The translations under genes and the position numbers were made by a program. Of a DNA stretch of 22,406 bases, positions 1 to 15,016 are shown in pieces (positions within the stretch are counted from its first letter, which is position 1; every line of letters begins with the position of its first letter). The notes beneath the pieces were generated by a model. The model saw nothing but the letters and a program-made list of their open reading frames with translations. It was not told where the DNA came from and made no database searches. The stretch is from Perkinsus olseni (taxonomy: Eukaryota): the NCBI GenBank assembly GCA_013115125.1, contig JABANN010000065.1, positions 62,001 through 84,406 on the forward strand, given 5' to 3'.

Positions 1-29
1 GGTATCTTGCGCGCACTTATCAACTTGCG

Positions 30-194
30 ATGGCCTTTGCACGCATGCACAAGATGTCTACATTGCTAGCTGTCGTCGTACTTCTCTCGGCTATTCATCC
101 CTGCCAGGGGCGATATGCTAACCTGGAGATAGGACCCTATGATATAGAGACCGCGTCACCGAGGAGAGCTGATACTGAGGACGATCGGGAATGA
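30..194 (+). CDS. Small ORF (54 aa) with a signal-peptide-like N-terminus; possible secreted peptide or terminal part of a gene starting left of the window
   Basis: Manual translation from ATG30 to TGA194 gives MAFARMHKMSTLLAVVVLLSAIHPCQGRYANLEIGPYDIETASPRRADTEDDRE. It has a basic N-region, a hydrophobic core LLAVVVLLSAI and a small-residue site (CQG). It is too short for the ORF track. Confidence 0.35.
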   Translation: MAFARMHKMSTLLAVVVLLSAIHPCQGRYANLEIGPYDIETASPRRADTEDDRE

Positions 195-225
195 TAAAAA
201 AAGCAGTTTATTGATTGTTAGAGAT

Positions 226-245
226 AATCGATCACGTGATCGATT
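226..245. promoter_or_regulatory. Perfect 20-bp palindrome centred on CACGTG (E-box/G-box), upstream of the CHD gene
   Basis: AATCGATCAC|GTGATCGATT is its own reverse complement and lies ~235 nt upstream of ATG481. The palindrome is directly visible; a regulatory role is inferred. Confidence 0.4.
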
Positions 246-480
246 TGTGGGAAGTCACCTTGTGCGATTTCGTTACGTACGATCTCTGGCTAAACTAACT
301 CACTTCGCCGAGATCGGCGTTGATCACTACAACACTTACAAGATCGTTTCTGTCATCACCCTCGGCAGCAGGGCTTGCGTTCACGACCTGTGCTACCGTA
401 GGGACTGCGATGGTGCTATGAAGTCGCATAGCTGAGCATTGCTCATGTCGCCCCCATAGGGAAGGAGTGTTTTCATTGGT

Positions 481-6379
<5,899 letters not shown>

Positions 6380-6383
6380 TGGA

Positions 6384-6384
6384 G

Positions 6385-6416
<32 letters not shown>
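6384..6416. repeat. (GTT)11 microsatellite immediately 3' of the CHD stop codon
   Basis: Perfect 33-nt trinucleotide run starting 5 nt after TAA6379. Confidence 0.95.
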
Positions 6417-6417
<1 letters not shown>

Positions 6418-7119
6418 GTAGCATAGACGTATCCTAATACCATCATTATGAAAAGATATATTTGCAGCACACGAAATTCGTGAATTGTGTTGATAGATGG
6501 GGAACGCAGGAACAGGACGCATCTATTGGACCCATCATCGTTATTCCCTAGATCATCGCTATATGGGGAGCCCAAGGGCGGCGTGTGTTTTTGAATATTA
6601 CACTTGGGACCTGACAGCATCATCGACAGGAATATGCGAGCAATGCTGCCGTCAAGAGCCAAGCTCATCCATCCCGTGGGGGAAGTAGTTCTGGACTTCC
6701 ACTCACTGTAAAGACAGCATACAGGGCATACATACTGCCGTGCTATTCAGATGGTGTATATTGGCATAGTGTCGGCGTGTGACTGAAGCGTGTAGTTCTG
6801 AGGTGTGCTTGCTTGCTGCTGTACATGGACGTGTATCTACTTCATCAAGCCGTTTAGTTTAGCAATGCTCTCGTTGTCTTGTGTTTGACTCGAGGTTTGG
6901 GACGCGAACAGGTGATTCGTAGTTAAAAGCAGCGCCTCTGTGAGGACACTGCCACAGTGACGAGACATAACTCCGGGCTGCTGCCCTCTTAGACGTGGAC
7001 TTGGGTGGAACGCGAGTGCTTCAAGTTGAAGACATGAACATACGACATGACAGCTTGGTGCTATTAAATCTGCGTCACGTGATCATGAAAATGACAAAGC
7101 TGGCATCATCGCATGTCGT

Positions 7120-8603
7120 TCACACTAATACACGAGTCAACACCTTTCCGACTGGGGTTCCTTCGACCAACATGGTCCTTTGATAACTTATCGTCTTGTA
7201 TGGGCCTCCACTTGTTTTCATGTTGTCCGGGAAAGCGGTGGAAACCCCAGTTAAGAGCCACATCAGTGTCTCCCGGGCTATATCGTCTGATGTGACCCAG
7301 CCGTTCCGACTTGAGGGTGTCTCCTCGGGTGGCCCAGCCTCAGTAGGGCGGCCCTCCCTCTTCCTGATGTATTCCATGTAGTTACGCAGCTGCTGTTTAC
7401 AACGACGAATCACGTATGTACTATCCGAGACTTTCGTCTCATCAAGGCGTGCTCGCTCTGCTCCCTTTTCTAACTCCTGCAGTCGATTCATGTTGAACTT
7501 GAGCTCCGCTTCTCTGAGAAAACGAAGAACGCCTGGACTTTCAGAAGAGGGAGCGGCTCGTATGAACGAGCTTTGGAAGAAAAGCGCTCGCTGCTGGCTC
7601 ACGGGGTATAGTTCCACAGACTGGTGAATAGGGATGAAATTCTGAAACCCTCCGAGGGTACTGGCACTTCTAGCTCTAACCATAGTGTCCAGCCCACCTA
7701 CGAGGAGGTTGTCACTCCAGGCGATATCATCGACTGACGCCCACCTCTGTGCTAACATCGGGGTTCGAAGAGATGAGGTTTCGTGTTTCCTTAGCTTGGC
7801 AAATGTTCGTACTCTGTACGCGTCGCTTCCGCTCTGAACTAGGTGGGCACGGAAAAGGCAACTTGATCCTATTGTGACCTCTATCGAGGAAGTTTAGCAT
7901 CAACCGTTCCCAAGGAGACAGAACAGGAAGCTCTCCCAGGAGATGGCCCTTGAGGTTGGGGACTCTCTCTCCCTCCAATTTCTTTTCAGCAGCGGCGGCC
8001 ATCTCTTCGATTGAGAACTCTCTCTTGAATCGATCCTCTAATCCAGGTCCAACGGATACATCTAATAAATAGCCACACCTGACTACACTGAATAACAATA
8101 AGAATCCTGAGAGAAGGGGGCGACCAACCGTGGGGAGCTTCTGCTGCGAACGACGTAGTTGAGATCTCCACCACTAAGGGGATAATCACTGTCCGGGTCG
8201 AAACCCAAATTATACTGGAGAGAATGTTCACTCGAAGCAGTAATTCAATAGAAATGATCCCTACCTGTACACGTTCACCGTCGGGAGTGATGTCCCAGTA
8301 GTTTTGTACCGGCTGTCCTGTCGTCGGTCGGACAGCAGCCGCTGCGGGGGCGTTCTGGGTCTGAACAAGGGCAAGGATCCGCCCTCTACGGCGCATAGTA
8401 AGATCGGCCATCATCGAACCCTGCGTGACTGTCAAGGGCGACCTCCAATCTATGCTCCACTAGCGTAATACACTCACATGCGCATCATCAGCTCCCGCGT
8501 CTGTGAGTCCAGAGGCTTCAACGGACAAGTGCATCGATAGGCCTCCCACGAAATGGAGTGCTAGTGTTATTGATACGATGTAGATTGATACTGGAGTCGG
8601 CAT
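7120..8603 (-). CDS. Hypothetical secreted protein, tandem paralog A (spliced)
   Basis: Signal-like start MPTPVSIYIVSITLALHFVGG at 8603. Exons fall in ORFs 7986..8435, 7727..8098 and 7120..7758. It shares ordered motifs with the 8832-10351 gene: ITPDGERVQ, RCGYLLDVSV, RVPNLKGHLLG..LSPWE, ELKFNMNRLQELE, QQLRNYMEYI, LMWLLTGVSTAFPDN. Confidence 0.75.
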
Positions 8604-8831
8604 GATGGGAACAACTGGGTGAGCTACTACTGCCAGTTGTGATACGCCGCTCGAGATGAACACTGAGCACCGTATGTTGCTCCGGGTGTGGCCCTCAGGC
8701 ATGGTAACACCACGAAAGAACGGGCAATAACATCAAGAGCTCGAAATACAGCATAGCAACGCGTGTTGAGCAACTCATGCGAAGCCATTGCCTTGCAATA
8801 CAACAGCCATCAACTGATCTTGTTGCCCAGG

Positions 8832-10351
8832 TTATTGCTTATACTCGTTATAACTAAGAACGTTGTAGGTCTGATTAATGGGTTCTAGATTATCAGGGAA
8901 GGCATTGGAATGGCCTGTTAACAGCCACATCACCAACTGCTGTGTGATAGTTCTCTCTTGTGACTCGACCTCGAGCTTAGCAGTATCACTTTGTTTCGGC
9001 GAGATATACTCGACATAATAGCGTAGCTGTCGTTCGCACAGGCCAGCGAGGTATTCACTGGTAAAAGCCTCTGTTAGGCTAGGAATGGCACGCTTGGCTC
9101 TTTCCTCCAGCTCGCGCAATCGAGTTATGTTGAACCGAAGCTCCTCGACTCTGAAGCAGCGAGGAACACTGACACAAGGGCTCTCCGGTGCAGAGTGACT
9201 ATTGGATCTAGGGAAATTAACCTCGGCTTGATATTGCCTTGTAAATATTCGTTATGAACAACGAGCAATTGCAGGGAGAACTCGTCTAGGAGCGACTTAC
9301 AGCATATAATGCAAGAGGGTAGTGAAGATTGATGCCACCTTGAACCCCTCTTCCACTACTCGCATATCCAAATCGACCCATATGTTCCACGGGACCTACG
9401 AAAAAACTGCTACCGGAGGATATTCAACCGATGCCACTGACGCCGTATCTCCGCCCATCAGGTAGTGAGTAGCTGAGTAGTATTAGTTCATGAACTCGGC
9501 AGACGTCGCCACGCTCATTCAGGCTATTGTGACCCGAGACTGATGGGCATGGGAGAGGCAACTGGCTCCTGTTGAATCCCTTTCTTAGAAGATCCAGCAT
9601 GTTGGGTTCCCATGGTGCCAGACCAATGACCTGTCCCATGAGGTGGCCCTTGAGGGAGGGTACTCTGTCTTCATCCATTGCCTCCTTGACAACCCTCTGC
9701 TGCTTCAGTATGGAAAACTGTGTCCCACTCTTAAAACGCGCCACAATTCCTCCATTGACAGAGACACCTAGCAAGTATCCGTACCTGATGGCATGGACCT
9801 CGCATGACCTCTTGAAGGGCCACCCACTCACTTTGAGGAGCACATCGTGCGAGCGACATACTGGAGCTTTCCACCATACTCGCCTCTGGCTCCCTCGTAA
9901 CCCAAGGCACACTGAGGCCCAACAACATGTGGGGGGCTGCACAGCAGGGGGTTACCATCACCTGTATATGATCGCCTTCAGGTGTGACTTGATGATAATT
10001 CTGTTCCGATCGACCCGTGGCCTGGGGAGTAGATGCCGTGCCATCCAGAGACTGAGAGGACACCAGGGAAGGTTTTTATACTCTCATCATGATTCTGCGT
10101 AGCCCTATGCGATGACCATTGACGCCAACTAGTGCACAGCGGAAGCAGCGGCAACGACACGGTGCCGTTCGGACATGGATCTCAGGGTGGCCAAGCGGGC
10201 ATCGCAAGAAGCCTGAGTAAGGTACCGATCTCACATTGACATTCGCTAGGCGGCGTTTCTTCGTCACAGGTTCAAACTGTCTGGAAGTCCCTCGCACCAT
10301 ATGAGATGCCAGTGTCATCGTTGCAGCAGTGTAGAGTAGTGGAGGCCACAT
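8832..10351 (-). CDS. Hypothetical secreted protein, tandem paralog B (spliced)
   Basis: Start MWPPLLYTAATMTLASHMVRG. Motifs VTPEGDHIQ, RYGYLLGVSV, RVPSLKGHLMG..LAPWE, ELRFNITRLRELE, RQLRYYVEYI and LVMWLLTGHSNAFPDN are collinear with paralog A. Confidence 0.75.
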
Positions 10352-11144
10352 GAAAGAATCAACCCTACTAGCTGCTCTTGTTCTTGTTACTATTACTACT
10401 ACTGAAGTAGCGATTCAGCCGAGAGCCGTTTGACGTTAGATGAATCGTCATCGGGCATCAATTGAGTAGATGCACACCCTCTACAGTATTACGAGGAAAT
10501 GGTTTTCTGTCCTACGGAAGCATCTTTCATTAACTCCCACAAGAGGGAATACCTTGAAGTACCTCATTGGTCGTCTGAGGTCATAGTGTAGTACAAGGAC
10601 CATGCCGTCGTGATCTTCTATCTATTACCACTCAAGTGCCGGAGCAAGACCCTTCATGAGTGATACAACCGCACACCCCGATTTGCTCTGCCCCCGAGAC
10701 AGTTTGGCGCCGCTGCCGCCGCTACGATGATACTCTCACACAGCAGAATCCACTGAGCAAAGAAGAGTAGCACTTAACGTATCTTCAGCGTATACTTCTC
10801 AAGTCTCACGCCAGACAATCCCCCAAGCGTTTCTCCTACGGCCGTCACCGGCCTTCACTCAGACTGCCTGTGGACCCTCCACTACTACCTGGTTAGCGAA
10901 TCCAGCCCACTTATCATCGACGGAAAACCTGTCATAGAGGTGCCTTTGACGTTTCCCTTTGTGTTGCTCATCGTCTCCCTTTTGCATGTAAAGTGCAGGA
11001 AACCCACTAGCCGGGCTTCGCTAAGGCAACTAGCGTTCGAGCTCTTCTCGTCTCCTTCGTTGGTGTGGTGAAGATAAGACCTTAATGTTGTTTTTGTTGT
11101 AGTTACTCCGTTTCTTCTTTCGTCGTTTAATCCTCGTTTCCAAA

Positions 11145-11744
11145 ATGGTAATGAAGCTATTCCCCGATGGTTTGGTGGATCGTGTTGGCGGTTGTGGCCC
11201 CTTCGAGGCGGTTGCCAAGCGTTTCTACGAAATATCTTTCGCTGACCCCATCCTTTCGGTGTTGTACGAAGATAAGAACGAGCCCCATTATCTGATGTTC
11301 TGCCGTTGGTTCTTCAATCAACTTGGTCTTACTGATGAGATGGACAAGCGTGGCGGTACTAAACTGATCAACGCCATGCATCGTAAGGCTCAGAACTGCC
11401 CCCTGAGAGCCGATGCTCCCAAAGAGGCCGGTTATGTTGGTGCTGGTTTCACCAAGGCCCAGAGAAACCGCTGGATCTGGGCTCAGTTGAAGGCTTGTGA
11501 GGAGTTCAACTTGCCCAAGGACTTCGTCCGTGATTACATCCATGGACTGTGCGTTTTCATGTCTGTGTATGGCCCCTTCGTAGACTCCCGTGTGGAGGAC
11601 GGCCCTCAGACTGGAAAGTGCCCCATGAGCATGATTGCTAAGAGGACCCCAGAGCAGGTTGAGATGGCTAAGGTCCATCCCAACATAATGGGTTATGATC
11701 TTCCCGGCAAGCTCGGCAACTTTGAGAAGATTACTGTTGCCTAA
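11145..11744 (+). CDS. Truncated (2/2) hemoglobin, group II (trHbO)-like, intronless, copy 1 (199 aa)
   Basis: LVDRVGG..F.AVAKRFY....ADPILSVLY matches the 2/2 globin A-GG-B-CD pattern (Tyr B10 = Y28, Tyr CD1 = Y41). Further matches: KRGG, proximal His in INAMH (H79), and FTKAQRNRW matching the trHbO G helix (Trp G8 = W110). Confidence 0.82.
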   Translation: MVMKLFPDGLVDRVGGCGPFEAVAKRFYEISFADPILSVLYEDKNEPHYLMFCRWFFNQLGLTDEMDKRGGTKLINAMHRKAQNCPLRADAPKEAGYVGAGFTKAQRNRWIWAQLKACEEFNLPKDFVRDYIHGLCVFMSVYGPFVDSRVEDGPQTGKCPMSMIAKRTPEQVEMAKVHPNIMGYDLPGKLGNFEKITVA

Positions 11745-12199
11745 GTATGATAAACCTGAGCGCTAGTGGAGTGTCTCGATTATTGTGAATGTTCTTATAC
11801 TCATTCCTGTGATTAGTATACTTCTCATTCCGCGCATACTACTACCATTCAATTGCCCTGTATTACAGAGTTATCATCATTGATGGACTTTTACTTCTCC
11901 TTGTCGTCTACGCCGCAGCGCCGCTGCAGTCCATGCAGTGCTAGCATTCCTCAGCGGTGTAGCTCCTCGATTAGAAGTTGTCCTGATATTCATGTTTCAG
12001 CATTCCTATTGCATTTGTATCCCTTACGAGCGGAACACTCCATTCCGGAGTCGACCGCATATCCGCTGCGCCGCGATCGCGGTTGCTAGCATCTCGTATA
12101 GAGCGAGTCATCACACTGTGAAGTTGTCTTCCGTTCTTGTGTTGTAATATATAGTGGCTGGGTTGGGTAGGGCTATTTATCACTGTTCTGCCAATCACA

Positions 12200-12814
12200 A
12201 TGGTTATGAAATTATTTCCTGACGATCTGATCGATCGGGCCGGTGGCAAGGAGAACTTCCTCGCGGTTGTGAAGCGCTTCTATGAGATGTCCTTCGAGGA
12301 TCCTATCCTCGGCGTGTTGTATGAGGACAAGGAGGAACCTCACTACAAGATGTTCAGTAGATGGGTGTTCACAGCTGTTGGGCTTGATGATGAGATGACT
12401 AAGCGTGGAGGCACCAAAATGATCAACTCTATGCACAAGAAAGCCCAACATTCCAAGCACAGGGCCGGTGCTCCTAAAGAGGCGGGCTACGTTGGAGCTG
12501 GATTTACCAAGGAGCAGAGGAATCGCTGGCTGCGTACCCAAATGAAGGCTTGCGAGGAGTTCAATGCCCCTCGTCATTTCATTGAACCCTATATACATGG
12601 TCTCTGCGTGTTCATGGCTGTTTATGGCCCTTTCACCGAATGTCGCAAAGAACAAGGACCACAGGACGGTCAGTGTCCAGCTCATCTATTCCGTCAGAGG
12701 AGAGCCTCCGAGATCACCTTGTCATCTCTGCCACCACAGATCCCGGGCTTTGACCTCCCGTCAATTCGTGAGGATGCTACGATCGAAGAAGAATCGTCTG
12801 ACGAAGAAGATTAG
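12200..12814 (+). CDS. Truncated (2/2) hemoglobin, group II-like, intronless, copy 2 (204 aa, acidic C-tail)
   Basis: Aligns without gaps to copy 1 (my hand count: 113/160 identical residues). Y28, Y41, H48, H79 and W110 are all conserved. It ends in EEESSDEED. Confidence 0.82.
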   Translation: MVMKLFPDDLIDRAGGKENFLAVVKRFYEMSFEDPILGVLYEDKEEPHYKMFSRWVFTAVGLDDEMTKRGGTKMINSMHKKAQHSKHRAGAPKEAGYVGAGFTKEQRNRWLRTQMKACEEFNAPRHFIEPYIHGLCVFMAVYGPFTECRKEQGPQDGQCPAHLFRQRRASEITLSSLPPQIPGFDLPSIREDATIEEESSDEED

Positions 12815-13197
12815 AACGACGTTGGCTGTTTATCAGCACACCATGATACCACAAAGACCTCTGGAAGATCTACTCACAACGAACCCGCCTCTTGTTGTTC
12901 ACGACTTCAAATTACATCTCGATTTGTTGATGTCGAATACAGGTCACTAGTCTCGCGTTATGAAGTTTGATAACGGCCACCTCCTCATAGCCGCAAATAT
13001 CCCGGTATATCTAACTCAACACCGTAATTCTGGAGATAGCGATAGCACCTGTACCCACTATCATATTCTTTGATCAATACTCATAGCCGTCTCATTTGAA
13101 ATCAATTTAGAATAACAATTCTAGCCAATAGCTGATGTAAGTACAGAAGAAAGGAGCAAGACAGATGTGATCGACAACTTCTAAATCATACTAATAA

Positions 13198-14157
13198 CTA
13201 ACATCTCGTTATAGTAGTGCTGAAGACATTAACTAGCTCGACGTAGACACCTTCATCAGTATAGACAGCATACAAGCTAGAGTCCAACTGTTGGAGCAAC
13301 GTCGCCAAATCCTCATCCGGATTGGTGAACACGATCTCAAAACCGTCCAGGTAGTATTCCGCGGTGAAAGTCTCACCAGCGACGAAGAGAGTAACCGCAC
13401 CAGAAACCTCCGGTGTCACCTTGATGGGACCAAGAGGAGTCTCACCGCACCAGTCACCGGCCAGATCTTCGTTAGTAGGAAGGTTAGTTGGGACGACCGT
13501 GGTCTCAGGCAGGTTAGTCGGGACAACCGTGGTCTCAGGCAGGTTAGTCGGGACAACCGTGGTCTCAGGCAGATTAGTCGGGACAACCGTGGTCTCAGGC
13601 AGATTAGTCGGGACAACCGATGTCTCAGGGAGATTGGTCGGAACAACCGAGGTCTCAGGGAGATTGGTCGGAACAACCGAGGTCTCAGGGAGATTGGACG
13701 GAACAACCGTAGCCATTTCGCACAAGTAGGGTTCACCTACACACTCCTCGTCAGTCGGGTTGAAGCACAGACTCCCGTCATCCTTGACGACGATACCAAA
13801 GCAAACTGCAGGGCTCTGCCACGACTTACAATAAGTACCCCACTTCGAGTCCTTGCAACCGTCGATACCATTGCAAACATCCTCGCATGTAGTCACCGGA
13901 TATTCAGCACATTGGACAGGCTCCAATACCGAGTCGTCACAATCGGTAGCATCACTACCGGGCTGATAGCACTTCGATTCACCCTTGTGATAGAGGCCAA
14001 AGCAAAGCCCGTTGTCTTTACAGTATGACTGATCGCAGCCAGCGGTCTGAGTGCACAGCTCCTCGCAGTAGTCACCGGTAGGCATGGTGTCTTCCGAAAC
14101 TGAGGTGCCGAAGCCGACAACAACCTCGAAGATGGATGCAGCAAGAGCGACGCGCAT
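13198..14157 (-). CDS. Secreted/surface Cys-rich protein with a mucin-like Thr/Pro repeat stalk, intronless (~319 aa from the likely start MRVALAAS)
   Basis: ATG at 14157 gives a hydrophobic leader MRVALAASIFEVVVGFG. Two related Cys modules follow (CEELC..C..SYCK..CFG..C..C..C and CEDVC..C..TYCK..CFG..C..C..C), then ~8x VVPTNLPET(T/S), then a beta-rich C-terminal domain (GDWCGETPLGPIKV...). Confidence 0.85.
   Translation of the reverse strand: MRVALAASIFEVVVGFGTSVSEDTMPTGDYCEELCTQTAGCDQSYCKDNGLCFGLYHKGESKCYQPGSDATDCDDSVLEPVQCAEYPVTTCEDVCNGIDGCKDSKWGTYCKSWQSPAVCFGIVVKDDGSLCFNPTDEECVGEPYLCEMATVVPSNLPETSVVPTNLPETSVVPTNLPETSVVPTNLPETTVVPTNLPETTVVPTNLPETTVVPTNLPETTVVPTNLPTNEDLAGDWCGETPLGPIKVTPEVSGAVTLFVAGETFTAEYYLDGFEIVFTNPDEDLATLLQQLDSSLYAVYTDEGVYVELVNVFSTTITRC
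13478..13710 (-). repeat. Coding tandem repeat, 30-bp unit, 7 full copies plus 1 partial (VVPTNLPETT/S)
   Basis: On the + strand the unit ggtctcaggcaggttagtcgggacaaccgt and close variants repeat head-to-tail with period 30. Confidence 0.95.
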
Positions 14158-15016
14158 AGTGAATAAGGAAGGAATCACGAAGGAACTGACAAAGCACTGG
14201 AATTGGAAATATTTCAGTATACCGAACATACGAGTAGGCCTGTAGTGATTGCAGGACCAAGCTGCAGCACTCTGCGCTAGACTAGCTTGCATAGCGCTGT
14301 TCACACAGCTCTACACAAATTCTGGTGGCAGCTCAGTGAACGCCAGAAGGCTAGATAGACGGTGGTGGTGTTCATGGGATGGCCTTTCTCGCGCGCCTCC
14401 CAGGGAGATTAGAAACGGTCTGTTATGACGGTAACGTTCCCTTCACGCTCGCAGGCTCAGGCGGAACCCTCGAGTGAGACTAGGGACTTAGATCTGCGAC
14501 AAACCGTCGATTAATTGAGAAATCTGTGAGAGCCTGGTACGGATTTCTCTGTTTGAAAGGGACTCCGATTTATGCTATACTATAATTCAGCTTACAAAGA
14601 TGTGAAGCTTGTTGTGCGAAGATAAGCGAACGATACGTGGTCATAATCTGCGCTAAGATATGCAACACAGCCGCGGTGATTAAGTAAGATTGCGTGATGA
14701 TGGCTGACACTAGTGGTCTTCTTGTCGTACGACGGACCCCAGGATTCGTACTAGTGTCGTGCTACTTGAGCGCCCAAGCTTACAGATTCGACCATTCAGT
14801 GACAACAAATCTTGTACGGTTCGAGTCTTTCGTTTCGCATTTAGTTCTGTTGGATTGGTGAACGTTGTACTATCACTAATGGTGCGCAAAGCAACGATTT
14901 GAGTGGGGGGTATCTATCTTCGGGTCAAAGAATTCCGACCCATCCAGTGACATCAAGCTTCAACCTACAGCGTCTCACTAACATGGGAAACACAACAGAT
15001 ACGAAACTATGATAAA

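Noticed and set aside
11157-12685. Antisense ORFs of 173 and 157 aa opposite both globins
   Set aside because: They are codon-register mirrors of the sense genes; their mutual similarity simply follows from the globin duplication.
13478-13710. Regular 30-bp repeats resembling a CRISPR array
   Set aside because: The units are contiguous with no unique spacers, are in frame in a protein, and sit in eukaryotic DNA with no cas genes.
13291-14028. Long alternative-frame ORFs (245, 121 and 106 aa) over the Cys-rich gene
   Set aside because: These are shadows produced by a stop-free 30-bp repeat and antisense codon bias; the minus-strand 13198 frame has the coherent domain structure.
14800-14835. 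GGTTCGAGTC as a tRNA T-loop
   Set aside because: The T-stem does not pair and no cloverleaf can be built; kept only as a B-box-like motif.
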